This document shows, one piece after another, positions 1 to 13,023 of a stretch of 64,000 nucleotides of DNA. The stretch lies in NCBI RefSeq assembly GCF_963921235.1, contig NC_086108.1:86492001-86556000 (forward strand). The letters are read 5' to 3'. Under the pieces are notes generated by a model. It saw only the letters and a program-made list of their open reading frames with translations. It ran no database searches and was not told the origin of the DNA. The stretch is from Mobula hypostoma (taxonomy: Eukaryota). The position numbers and the translations under genes were made by a program. The number at the start of each line of letters is the position of its first letter. Within the stretch, counting starts at the first letter, position 1.

Positions 1-189
1 TTATAATGAAACAGCAAAGATTTCAGAAAATATCATTGATTAACAACTGGATGAACAACTCAGATATTGAGATACAAACAGTTCTATAAAATACATACAT
101 AAACTCAATCAAGGTCCATTTAAATAATTAAGTAAAAGTGTAGGATGCTAAATTGGGCCAAATGGTACTCACAGTATGAACTCTCAAAG

Positions 190-530
190 GTTCCAAATGG
201 AATCAAAGATCTGTGTTCACCAGTAGAGGAGTCTTAAACTAAGGGATGTAGTTGTACAGCAGCAGTCATTTAAAACAGAGGTGCATGGAAGTTTCTTTTT
301 GCAGTGGACGGGGGAGATCTCTGGAATTCCCTATTCCAGACAATTTTGGAGGCTAGATCATTGGAAGCATCTGAGTTGGAAGTAGATAAATTCGTAAAAG
401 ATCAGGGAATTGAGAGCACTGGAAAGGAGCTGAGGGCAGTGCAGTTTGGCCATGACCATTTTGAATAGCAGGTAGACTTGAGAGGCTAGATAGTCATCCT
501 GTGGTCCAATTTTCCTACGTACTTGTATGT
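190..530 (+). mobile_element. Heavily decayed CR1-type LINE 3' end
   Basis: Degenerate match to the CR1 3' ends at 2200-2545 and 28830-29180 (GAGTCT.AAACTAAGGG, CTCTGGAATTC, GTAGATAAATTC). Confidence 0.45.
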
Positions 531-1594
531 GTACACTGAGAATGAAAAAAATGCAGGGCACAACTTTGTTAAAGGGGTATTTTGCATGCCTGAGGTTACA
601 TGTTTCCAATGTGTCAGTACATAACAGTGATTTGCATGGCCCCTATATCCCCATACTTCAACCATTGTTCAATCACCAAACTGCTCACAACTTCATGAAG
701 CAATTTCAAGGTGCTATAGGAATTTTACAGTTTGATGATGGTCGTTTCTCTTCGCTGCTGGTCACATTGTGGACATATTTAACATTCAAGATGTGGCTAC
801 AAAATCAGCACTCTTCGAAGAATGACATTGTAGATCCTGAAATCATGTATGTGCTATTTAACAAGTGAAATAATTCGCTTTTAGATATGAGTGGCTCAGT
901 AGGGTTCCGCTAGAAATTGAATATGACTGAGAAACTGCAAACAAGGCAGAGAGAGGAGGGAAAGGGCGAGAAGGACCAACGGCAGTACACTCAATCTGCC
1001 AAACATTTTTCAGAAGAAATTCTTTTACCTTGATTTAAGCAGTAACTACTTCAGGAAACATGTTTGCTTCATCAATGTAGTTGTGATTGACAGTGGTTAA
1101 TTGATGCAGCTGCCATTTTCACCTAAATGCAGGGCAAAAGCAGAATTGACTGCATATGTGTCCATAATGATTATATTTTTTGCCTCTAGCTCTTTACAGT
1201 TTCCTTCTGAAGATAATAAACTACACCTTGCAGTTTATAACATTATTATTTAAGAGATGTACATTAGGCAACATGTAATCTCATTTTACAAGCAACTGAG
1301 GCAAAATCTCACTACATGCTGGCATTGACTGCATGCATGTTGCTTGGATGCATCTGATGTGAACTCTGTTTCTGCCCATCTTATGAGCAGCTGGCAATGA
1401 GCTGGGGTCAATGAATAATGCAAGTCAATGCCAATGGCTCTGACTGCAGTCATGATGCTTTCATTCTGAGACAGGCCTTTGTGTTTCCTACTGGTTGCTG
1501 CACATCAGATGTTGTCCCATCATGACCAGGTTAATGGCTCCACTCACAAATCCCCCACACTGCTCTGGAATGAACGAGGCTTGCTTCCACTGAA

Positions 1595-2545
1595 GATTGG
1601 ATAGAAGATTGGCCTTTTCTGGTTAGCTGCCAGTGACTAGTGGTGTTCCGCAGGGGTAGGTGTTGGGACCGCTACCGTTCACAGTACAATGTCAATGAAA
1701 TGGATGGCTTTGTGGCCAAGCCTGTGGCTGGCATGAAGATAGGTGGAGGGACAGATAGTGTTCAGAAAGTAGGGAGTCTGCAGAAGGACTTAGACAGATT
1801 GGGTGAATGTGCAAAAAGTGGCGGGTGGAAGATAGTGTAGAGAAGTGGCTGCTCATTGACTTTGGTAGAAGGAATAAAGGCATAGACTATTTTCTAGACT
1901 GAGAGAAGATTCAAAAATCAGAGATGCAAAAGGATGTGGGAGTCCTTATGCAAGATTCCTTAAAGATTAACTTTCAGGTTGAGTCAGTGATAAGGAAGAT
2001 GAATGGGCAGTTTTGCGCCTCTTATCAGAAAAAATATGTGCTGGCATTGGAGAGGGTCCAGAGGAGGCTCACGAGAACGATTTTGGGAATGAACGGGCTT
2101 ATGTATAAGAAGCATTGAATGGCTTTGGGACTGTGGTTACTAGAGTGTAGAAGAATAAGGGGGTATCTCATTGAAACCTATCAGATATTGAAAGGCTTAG
2201 GTACGGTGGATATGGAAAGGATGCTTCCTATAGTTGGGGAGTCTAGGACCAGAGGGCACAGCTTCAGAATAGAGGAATGTCCATTTAGAAAATAGGTGAG
2301 GAGAAATTTCTTTAACCAGAGGGTAGTGAATTTATGGAATTCATTGCCACAGATGCCTGTAAAGGCCAAGTGATTGGGTATATTTAAAGTAAAGGTCGAT
2401 ACGTTCTTGATTTGTCAGAGCATCAAAGGTTACCAGGAGAAGGCAAGAGAATGGGTTTGAGAAGTATTAAAGCAGCCACTGAGCAGACTCAGTGGGGTGA
2501 ATGGCCTAATTCTGCTCCTGTGTCTTATCTCTTATGACCTTATGA
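1595..2545 (+). mobile_element. CR1-type LINE, 5'-truncated (RT C-terminus to 3' tail), decayed
   Basis: Peptide remnants VTSGVPQG, SLQKDLDRLGE and LALERVQRRLTRTI; ends in CTTATCTCTTATGACCTTATG tail; many frameshifts. Confidence 0.85.
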
Positions 2546-5500
2546 ACATGATATGGCACAAAATTAATACTAACAGTAATACTTCACTGTCTGTCTTGTG
2601 CAGGAAGAACCCTTCTGTTCTTAGCTGAAGAGATATTGGGATTTTGATAGTGATGGTATGCAGAATATACAAAACCTGGATAAAAACAGCCTTGGCAGCA
2701 GTTGTCAGAGTCTCAGGCCAGAATACTGCCTGTCTGAGAAAGAATAAGAAGTTCCCTGACATCTAAGTGACTAACCTTCCCGCACAGTGGGGAGGGACTT
2801 GGCTGATTCAGTGAACTGTGAAGAGCAGGTTGCTCTGATGCCTCATAGAACAATGACCCCCAGGGTCGCACTGACAGGTCTGAAACAGTTCCTTACTGCA
2901 GCTTCCTTCTATTCACCATCTTCTTGTCCAAGAATGAAATGCGTGCACCGTGCTTCATTTGGCTAAACCAGTTGCATTACCTCTATGCGTGCACTGTGAA
3001 TGAAATGCAGAGAAGGTTAGGGTGTGCTGAAGCATGTGAACAGATGTACTGGTTACTGTTTATTAGATTTCAGTTTCGTGGGAATGGGGCTATTTGCATG
3101 GAGATTAATTAATTGCATAGTTGGTGGGGCATGCCATCTGAAGATTGAACTCATTGTGATAACTCATATCAAATTATAAATGTATTGGAATATATTTGTA
3201 TCCTCAGAGAAATTCTCCTGGCATTGACCTTTGCCACCTTTCCCCTTATTTTCTGCTTCCTCATAATGCCTTTTCTCTCTATGTCTTGCACCAATACTGG
3301 ATACGTCATCAAAGGACCATTGTTATGTGATCTCTCATACTTGTTAAAGTGTTAAAACACATACTCAGTGCACAGCCGATCTACACTCTAACGTAACTCA
3401 GCTGCCATTTTGCAGCCACATCCACTCACAATGTTGCCCCTTCACCTCCCAGCTTTTACACGTAGCCTGACAGCAATGGGGGGTTAGCAGTAACTGTATG
3501 CAATAATTAGCCATATCAATGTGCTGAGCCAATTTTACATGCTGCTCACTTGCAATAAATGAGCATGGCTTAATCACATAGCCTGATCCACTAACCAATT
3601 TTCAAGGGTTATACAATTTACCTCATGACTTCAGACAATTGAAAAAGCTTAATTGCCATAACTAAGTGGACTTATTCTGTGATTGAGTGGGTGATGTTTT
3701 TATGTGCTTTGTTAGCCTATCGATTTATGTATACAGTACTTAATTATTTTTAAATGCTTTAGGTTGACAGATTGCATTGCACTCTTAGGTGGGTACGTAT
3801 TTCTGAGTTTAAAAAGTCTATGAATTTTAAGTGTTTTGTGATTACTTGGATTGTGCTTTAAATAAATAAGATCTTTATTTTACATTATAACGCTTAAAAA
3901 TATGTATTGAAATATAGTTGAGTTGTAGTGTGATCACTTAAGTTGAGTGTCATGTTCTGCTCAGAGGATCTCTATTGGTGGGTCTTCAGGAGGCTGATCG
4001 GGATACAATCCTGCCCCCCTTTGCTACTTGCTGATTGCCATGGACTTAGCCTGGTTCTTCCTTTATAGAGCATGCCTGTGCATGACTTTGTTTAATGTGG
4101 GGAGGCTGATGCACGGGCTGCCACCTCATGGTCCTTGACAGATTGGAATCAGGATCCATTGGGATTGAATACATGACAACTGGGAGCCCTGTGCTGCTGC
4201 AGCCTCCCTCCAACTTCACTGCCATTGTGATGTGCCATCAGCTTTCACCAGCTCAATCCTTGAGGTCCTGGTTGTATTGCTGTCTGTCTGGAACCTCCCC
4301 CTTGATCTTACCTGCACGGGAGACAGTGAGCTAAGCGCCAGGTGGCTACACTTCAGATGGCATCACTCTTGGAATCTCCGGAACTAACAAGCCTCTCCAC
4401 CATAACACGGTGACGATCCTCAGAGAAGCAGCTGAGCTGTGTGATTGTGCACTTGTGCCATCCGGAAGAGCTGCATTTTAGTGCACAACAAATTTTCAGA
4501 CATTTTACTTTATAGAGATTAATTTTGCTGATTATTTATTTAAGTACTTCTTTTCATTTATGGAGTTTGATGAGACCAATATTTACGCTCCATCACTAAT
4601 TGTCCTGGAGAAGGTGATAGTAAGTTAACTTCTGATAATGGTATAGTCTGGTAGAGAATTAAGCAGCTTACCTTGCTGGTTTCTTGGCCTTACTTGATTA
4701 ACCAAATCAATATTTATAATATCATGGAGCATCAGTTCCTTTCTTCTGTCCCCAAATTCTTTGGTTAATTCTGCCAAATTTGTTTCATTAGACTGATACT
4801 ATTAATGACCATATTGTGAATAATTTTTTGGGAAGTGTTGTCCAGCGAACAGGTGTTGTCACTGGGGAGAAGTGGCTGGTAGATATGAAGTAGTCTCTTT
4901 ATTCAACAAAATGAGACACAGCAGGTATCATATTGAGAACCTTGCGGAGGAAGAGGCCTGTTCAATCCAACACTACATGACAGTTTTTATGCTGAAGATC
5001 AAAGGACAATTCTATATATACAAGTATCTACAATGCTTTATTTTGAATTACATATAACTTTTACACCTCCTTCTTTTCTCCCACACTACAGACACACAAA
5101 TGAATTTTGATCTTCCACTTAACAGCCTTTCACAACGTTTCGGAACTCATTATCCAGTACTGCATTTTAAATTTAACCTACAGTCCATATTCAGATCAGA
5201 ATATTGGTGACTGAAGTTAGATGCTGAAGTTATTTTCTGTATGTCCTAATCCCAAGAACTCCCTAACAGAAAGCGTGAAACCTATAAGTAAAGCTTTGCA
5301 TGGATTTAGCAGTAATCAAAAATGCTTTATAGATTTACTATCCACCTGACCAGATGACTAGTCTAAGACAAACAGGTATTAGTGGCAGTAGACAACAAAG
5401 AAAATATGATTGTGATAAAAACATTCAATGATAACAACATACATAAGAGAACATGTGAAAAGGAAAAAGTAAAGTTAACTGGTAATCTGCAATGAGGGCA

Positions 5501-6249
5501 AAAGTGCAGCTGGGTCCAGAAAGATTTGGAATTTGGAAAGACAGCACAAAGAAAGATTTAATTGGTCATTAAGCCTAAAATATTTTATTTCCGTTTCCGT
5601 TTTTCCATCTTCACTTGAGGTTACGAGCATGTGTAATATCTTGATTCAGGAAATGGAAAGACCACTTACTGATCGCCTTTGGCCAGGATTACACACAGAG
5701 AGGATTTCAATTTCACGTTGATTTCCTGGTATCTCACTGGGGGGCTCAAACAGAAGTTTGCAGAAAATTACCTTATAAATTTTGCCCATGGTTAATGACC
5801 TTTATCATAGTAAGTGGAGTGGACATTATAAAGAGGCAATGATATAAGACGCATTAAAAGAAGTTGCTACAGGGAGAAGAAAAGTAATTTTCTCATTATT
5901 ATGACCACTGGATAAAAGTATCTAAACAATTTCTCCCCTGACACAATATGAATAATTCAGGTGCGATATAGACATTATAAGGCCAGTATTTATGCTGCAA
6001 TTCCTGGATACTTGTCCCCAACAGATTTTAGATTGCAATACTGATCAATGTTTTTAGTAGCACCTAACAACGTTAGGTGACATGGCATATGACAAAGCAC
6101 AGTCATGTTGTATGTCCATTCAGTTCATCCATCACACAAAAAAAGGGTTCATTAACTGGAACAAACTTTTAGCTCTGTGTCAGCATTTAGCCAATTTAAA
6201 TTACTTACGTTATTTAACTATTAATAGGTTAATGTTAATGGATTTATAT

Positions 6250-6305
6250 CATTTCCATAGATGCTGCCTGACCTGCTGAGTTCCTCCAGCAGTTTGTGTG
6301 TATTG
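6250..6305 (+). mobile_element. Short terminal remnant of a Penelope-like element family
   Basis: TTTCCATAGATGCTGCCTGACCTGCTGAGTTCCTCCAGC also occurs at ~8070-8110, 14045-14098 and 51232-51275. At 51232 it follows a hammerhead core. Confidence 0.6.
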
Positions 6306-6491
6306 CTTTATATCTTAGGTGTTTCTAAAAGGCAGATTAAAATTTCTATGTGTAACCATTTGGACTATTCAACAACTTTTATAGGTAGAGTTGTAAAATG
6401 CCCCCATCCTCCACATACAGTGCAGATAAAAACAGTTTTGCTAATATCATAAGTACATGTCAGTGTGAAGTGTGAAGTAAATCACAGGTAT

Positions 6492-6822
6492 TTCTCACTG
6501 TTACCATCAGGTAGGAGGTACAGAAGCCAGAAGACACACACTCAGCAATTCAGAAACAACTTCTTCCCCTCTGCCATCTGATTCCTAAATGGACATTGAA
6601 CCTTTGGACACTACCTCACTTTTTTTAATAGACAGTATTTCTGTTTTTTGCATGTTTTTAATCTATTCAATATAATGCAATTGATTTACTTGCTTATTTA
6701 TTACTATTATTATTTTTATTTTATTGTTTCTCTTTTATATTATATATTGTATTGAACTGCTGCTGCTAAGTTAACAAATTTCACGTCACATGCCGATGAT
6801 AATGAACCTGATTCTGATTCTG
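6492..6822 (+). mobile_element. Rex1/Babar-type LINE 3' end
   Basis: Encodes FSLLPSGRRYRS...FRNNFFPSAI, the conserved Rex1/Babar C-terminus; tail CTGATTCTGATTCTG. The same 3' UTR recurs at 51740-51917. Confidence 0.75.
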
Positions 6823-7164
6823 CATAATTTAGTAAAGTCTGTGACAAGCATGGAAATGGGAAATGAAATATAAGTCTATAAACTTAGACTGACTTTTCTG
6901 AGATATTAGGATGGGTGGGGTGACTGCTATTTGATTAGCCTTTCAATCTAAGTGGTTTGGAGACACTTTATATTTGAGTGATTCTTCAGTATTCATAGCC
7001 AAGCAGGTTAACAGAAGGAATCATCTCACCTGATTGACCAAAATGAGTAAGCTCACAGCAGAGACAGGAGGGAAATATCAGTGCTCACTAACCTTAAGAA
7101 AATTGGAAATGAGTAAATAGTTGCATTTCATTTTTAGTTCTCAGCCTGGCGGTGTGGGAGCCAT

Positions 7165-7493
7165 ACAAGTTCAGGAATGATTATTACCCTTCAACCATTA
7201 GGCACCTGAACCAAGTGGATAACTTCACTCACCTCAACAATGAACTGATTTCACAAACTATGGACTCACTTTCAAGGACTTTGCAACTCATGTTCTCACT
7301 ATTATTTATTTACTATTTATTACTATAATTTTTTTTTGTATTGGCACAGTTTGTCTTCTTTTGTGTATTAGTTGTTTTGTGTGTAGTTTTTCATTGGTTC
7401 TTTGTTTGACGGAATGCTCTTAAGAAAATGAATCTCAGGGTACTGTACATACTTATACATATTTTGATAACAAAACTTACTTTGAACTTTGAA
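7165..7493 (+). mobile_element. Rex1/Babar-type LINE 3' end (second subfamily)
   Basis: FRNDYYPSTIRHLN remnant; the 3' UTR matches 52220-52540 and ends in ACTTTGAACTTTGA. Confidence 0.65.
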
Positions 7494-8335
7494 AACATTG
7501 ACTGTTTCATGATTCAAGAACCAACGTTGTTTAGTATCATTCTTCAGTTCCCAAGGGTAAAGGAGAATGAAATAATTGTTACTCTGGTTCTGATGCAGCA
7601 AGGAAAAAACACAATAAGCATAAGGAACACAATAAAAAAACAACAAATATAAATAAATAAGCTTTTCTCATATACATAGACTGGCTGCACGTACATAAAC
7701 TGACACCAGGTACGGGGTATCTATATAAGGTGACTCTGGCAGGAAATAATAAGATAGTAGTGGTGAAGTATGCAGTGCAGTGAGTTGATGGGTGCAGGTT
7801 TATTCCCTTCCACACTGTAGCTACTATCTGAATTGCAGAGTTACTCCTCTATTTTGTATGGATGTCTGGCATCTGCATAATCTCTTGCATTTACAAGTGC
7901 AAATATAGCTGCCTTTGTAAAATTAGCAAAGTCAAAAAAATCATGCATTAGTTACTGCGCAGAAGGTGAACATATGACGCAATGAGTGGCTCTGCTGGAG
8001 ATCAGACCAGCTAGTTCCACCTGCCTCTCCAGGGGAAGAGTCTTGACCTGAGATCACGACTATCCATTTCCTTCTACAGACGCGCCTGATTCGCTGAGTT
8101 CCTCCAGCAGCTCGTTTTCAATCTCACTCCTTTCTATCCTTTCACACACTTATGCAGCTCCTTTATGAGTGATTCTATTGACTCTGCCTGAATGTACTTT
8201 CCCTGACAGTACATCCCAGACCTTATTACTTCCTGACAAAAAATGTTTTCCACTTGCTGCTTTTAGTTGAAATTTGTGAATTAGACTCTGTAGTTCATGT
8301 TATGATATGTTTCTAGCTTCTAGTTGCTCCTTTTT

Positions 8336-9170
8336 TTAGAGTCATAGAGTCATAGAAAAGTACAACACAGAAAGAGGTCATTTAGGTCATCTAGTCTGTA
8401 CTGAACCATTTGAGCTGCCTACTCCCATTGACCTGCACCAGAACCGTAGCCCTCCATACTCATAGCATCCACATACCTGTGCAAACTCCTCTTAAATGTT
8501 GAAATCGACCTCACATCCACCACTTGTGCTGGCAGCTCTTTCCACACTCTTTTGACCCTCTGTGTAAAGAGGTTTGCCTCATTTCTGTAGACACTGTGTC
8601 CATCTCCTGAGAAAATACAAATGCAAAGAATTTATTTATGGACTTTTGGGTCCATGCATGCATTATCATTCTGGTCTTCCAGAGGATCAATTTTGTCCCT
8701 TGCAATCCTTTTGCTTTTAACATACCTGCAGAGTCCCTTAGAATTTTCTTTCATCTTGTCTGCTAAGGCAACCTTACACCTTCTTTTAGCCCTCCTGATT
8801 TCTTTCTTTAGTGTTCTCTTGCATTTCTTACATTCCCTTCTTTTCAAATCTTTTTATTATTATTGTTCAAAATTAACACAAGTACATTGAAGCAGGCAAC
8901 ATTTACAATGTCTCAAGAAAAAAAACATTGTTTTAAAGATTGAAAAAAATTGTACTCCTTATATCCCATAAGCACCTTATTTGTTCCAACCTGCTTATAC
9001 CTGCAATCCACCACCTTCTCTATACCTGCAATCCACCGCCCTCTTTTCCTTAACCAGAGCCTCAATATCTCCTGAAAACTAAAGGTCCCGACACCTGTTA
9101 TCTTTACCTTTTATTTTAACAGGCACATATAAGCTTTGTACTCTCAAAATCTCATTTTTAAAGGCCTTCC
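8336..9170 (-). mobile_element. CR1-type LINE (3' tail plus internally deleted ORF2); host of the Gypsy element
   Basis: Tail (AGAGTCAT)2 at the left end; minus-strand ORF 8632-8847 LKKEIRRAKRRCKVALADKMKENSK..YVKSKR is the CR1 endonuclease-RT linker; the sequence resumes at 16943. Confidence 0.8.
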
Positions 9171-9485
9171 TGTTACAATCCTGACCACGCCAGCTTCTGG
9201 GGTTCAAACACTCTGATTCTGCAAAACATGGACAATTGGCACAGTCCCATTAAAGGTTCAGGCCCGCCCTGCTAACTGGCGGCCATGTTTTAGCATCACA
9301 ATTTTAATATTTAAAGAGCACCTGTACAGGGGTTTGGTGCTCAGTCATCAGCTCTATTTTGGATTCTTGTCTTGCATCTAATTTAGAACCCTGTCCTTGT
9401 CTTAGTCTCATATCATGTCTTGATTCCAGTCTTGGATACTTCAGCACTTGGGTCCTTACCGTCCTCAGCTAGGTCTCAGATCACA
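9171..9485 (+). repeat. 5' LTR of the Gypsy element
   Basis: TGTTAC...TCACA; colinear with 16631-16942 (e.g. AGTCTCATATCATGTCTTGATT shared); TATTTAAA at 9308-9315. Confidence 0.88.
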
Positions 9486-12040
9486 ATATGATTGAGCCTA
9501 ACATAGGTCCAGCGAGGTATTGGAGCCTCTCATCACATGTAGCCAGCCAGAGTGAGAAAATTTTTTGACAGAGCCTAAAGATATGTGACCACTCAGTTGC
9601 CATGCACCAACTATTGCTAAAAGAAAGCCAGAGATGCTCGGATGAGGATGTTGGTCACTCTGCAGATTCATTCATTCCATCTTCTAACCCTGGGGAGATC
9701 TGGCAGTGACTCTGGTTCTTGCTGCAGATTCCTCATTCCCTGTTCATTGGTGTTTGAACTCCAGCCCACCCGGCTCCCTATGGATCTCTCTCCTGACTGG
9801 GAGAGCCCTGGCCAGGGCCACCATGCATTGGGAGCAGAGGTTGGAGATTTGCTCACATTCAGAGGAAGAAGAATTCATGAATGTCATGAAGAGGGTGTTT
9901 CAACATCCTGCTAGACCAAACAGAGCCTCGGACCGTCTGATGAAAGTTTGTTAGGGTAGTCTGTCAGCAGCTAACTACGCTATTGAATTTCGGACTTTGG
10001 TCAAGGATTGTGGTTGGAACAGGGAGTTCTTGGCCATTCTGTACTGCCACGGACTCCGAGATGAACTAAAGGATGCCCTTGACTTGGGAGAGCTAGTAGA
10101 TGACTTAAGAACTCTGATTGATTAGTCCATCCGCCTTGATAATCTTCTGCCAGAATGAAAGTGGGACTATCTCATCAGGTCGAAGAGGGCTAGCCCATGC
10201 CCAGCCTCAAAGCATCACAGTTCCACTTCCTAATATTGAACAATGACCAGCTCATCTCCTGCTCAAGATGCTGTCGAGCCAATGCAAATCGGCTGCACAA
10301 GAGTCTCTGCCAATGAGGTGTCCTGGTGTTGAAGTTGTGGTTGCTGTTATTAAAACAGGGAAGTAGGTCACCTGCGGGCTGAATGTCCGAAGCTGCAGAT
10401 GTTGGGAAACTGCCAAAACTGTCCAGTGTCAGGAGGACTGTGACAGTAGCAGCCATTATTCCTAATCCTACTGATTCTGGTGTCACGCTGAAGGCGGAGA
10501 TCTCCTGGGGAAAGAACCAGCGAGAGGTGAATGCCTTTGTGGACTCTGGGGCAGCTGGCAATTTCCTGGACTTGTGGATCACCCGTTAGCTCAACATACC
10601 TCTGTAGAAGTTGAGCGAGCTCATGCTCCCAACTGTCCCCGATGTTCGACCTCTTGGGTCTGAGCAGATCCTGCAGCAGACATTGGTTCTGCGATTGTGG
10701 ATAGAGGAACAAGTGGAAGACATTTGTTTCCATATCATTGATTCTGCTCACATACCCCTGATGCCCAGGCACCCTTGGCTGTCCAAACATAACCCTTCAT
10801 GAACTGAAAGGAAGAGACACTCACTGTACGGTCAAGTTGTTCCAAGAGGAAATGTTTTTTTTGTTTTGGTTCCGTTCTCCAGAATCTCCTCAGGCCAGTG
10901 GCTGATGAAGAGACAGACTTTTTCTCGGAGTAACCTGGAGCCTTCAGCACACCCAGTCCTGCCTCCTTGATCTGACAAGCCAGCTCCAGTCCAAAGGACC
11001 GTATCAGTCCCGACCCTGTCTAGCCTGGGTGTGCTGGAATTGTTAAAGGAGTTTCTCTAGTTCAGGAGCAAGCCAAGAGACCCGCCAAGGAGGTGCCAAG
11101 CAGTCTGGAACCCTAACAGTCAAGCCTAAGGGATCCAGTCACCAGGTCCCATCTAAGGGAAAGGCTCCCAAACAAAGACCCTTGAAACTTAGTCCCAAAA
11201 GCACAAAGATCATTTGTAGTGCTTTGTTGTCATCACCTGAGGATATGGATAAGGACTTGGACTCTGATTTGGTCTCTGTTTCAACAAAAGGCTCTAGTAA
11301 ACTTACGGAAGAGACTCTGAGGTCTGCCAGGTCACCCCTGCTACCTAAGTAGTCTCAGGACTCATCCATGGAGGGTTGTTTTGGGGTAGTTGTAACACCC
11401 AAGCCAGTTGAAATCCCTTCTCTCTACAGGGATTTAGAAGAGGTCTTCAGCAAGGAAAAGGCTTTGATTCTTCCACCACACTGACCCTACGACTGTGCAA
11501 TAGATCTACTGCCTGGTACGACCTTAGCAGGGTGGATTATATGCACTCTCGGGCCCAGAGAGAAGCATTGTGGAAGAGTAAATAACAGAGGCTCTTCCTT
11601 TGGGGTTCATTCGGTCCTCCATCTCGGTGCAGGCTTCTCCTTCGTACAGAAAAAGGACAGGAGCCGGCAGCCATGCGTTGATTATAGAGAGCTGAATCGC
11701 ATAGCAATCAAGAATTGTTAACCCCTTCTACACATAAACACTATCTTCAAGATTCTCCAAGAGGCAAGAGAATTTTTGAAGCTAGTCTTGTGCACTGCGT
11801 ACAACCTGGTTTGCATAAAGGAGGGAGATGAGTGGAAGACGACATTCAACACCTCGGCAGGGCACTATGACTTTGGCATCGTGAATGCACCAGCTATTTC
11901 CCAGGCCTTTATAAACAATGTACTCCTGGATGCTCTCCATAAGAACGTTGTCTACTTCGATGACATCCTAATTTTCTCGAAGTCCATACAGAGGTATCCC
12001 ACTCATGTCAGAGATATCTTAAGGATGCTTCTAGATAATG

Positions 12041-12339
12041 TGTGGCATGTAGCCAAGTGGTTAGGGTGTTGGACTAGCAATCTGAAGGTTGTGGGTTTGA
12101 GCTTCGGTCGAGGCAGCGTGTTGTGTCCTTGAGCAAGGCACTTAACCACACAATGCTCCAGTCTACCAGCTGAGAATGGGTACCAGCAAAAAATGCTGGA
12201 GATTAACCTCACGATGGACTGGCGTCCTATCCGGGAGGGGGGTGGGGGGAGTCTCATACTCCCAGTCGTTTCACACCACGGAAACCAGCATAAGCACCGG
12301 CCTGATGGTCTGAAGCACAAGGCTTGTGACAGAGTTTAA
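12041..12339 (+). mobile_element. tRNA-derived SINE inserted in the Gypsy RT
   Basis: A-box-like TAGCCAAGTGG and B-box-like GGTTTGAGC; CORE-like TGTGTCCTTGAGCAAGGCACTTAACC; TSD TCTAGATAATG/TCTAGATGATG. Removing it restores LLDNGLYVKLEK. Confidence 0.85.
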
Positions 12340-13023
12340 TCTAGATGATGGACTTTATGTCAAGCTGGAGAAATCTGAATTTCACGCAGCTGTCATTTCA
12401 TTTTTGCATTTTATCATCTCCAATGGCAATCTCAAGATGAACCCTACTAAGAACCAGGCAGTTAGAGATTGGCTACAACCATCCAATGTGAAATAAGTCC
12501 AACAGTTCTTGGGATTTGTGAACTTTTACAGAAAGTTCATCTGGAATGTTAGCTCTGTGGTGGCTCTGCTGACAGCATTGACTAAAAGATCCATAGGCCC
12601 TTTTGTTTGGACTACCGAAGTGGATGCTGCTTTTGCACAACTCAAACAGGTGATTACAACAGCTCCCATTTTGGTTTCATCTAACCAGGACCTTTCTTTC
12701 ATCATGGAGATAGACGCCTCGGAAGTCAGAATGGATGCAATGTTGTCTCAATGGACATCTTTGGACAATAAACTGCACCCTTGTGCATTCTTCCACAGGT
12801 GGCTATCTACAGTAGAGGTGAACTGTGACATCGGAAATAGAGAGCTGCTCACAGACAAGTTGGCATTGGAGGAATAGCATCACTTGCTTGAGGGAATCAA
12901 CAACCCTTTTAATGTATGGACAGACCACAAAAACCTGGCTTATATTCAGGAGGCCCAAAGATTGAATTCTAGGAATGCCAGCTGGTCTTTTTTCTTTAAC
13001 CAGTTCAATTTTGTTCTGACCTG

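Noticed and set aside
527..868. 113-aa ORF and possible exon 731-846
   Set aside because: No recognisable domain and only weak splice signals.
4040..4430. Possible RTE-related UTR remnant (also 28020-28200)
   Set aside because: It looks repeat-derived but I cannot assign family, strand or boundaries reliably.
8996..9045. 25-bp tandem duplication (TATACCTGCAATCCACC twice)
   Set aside because: An ordinary local slippage event within a dead CR1.
12041..12115. tRNA gene
   Set aside because: It is the degenerate head of a TSD-flanked SINE and does not form a full cloverleaf.
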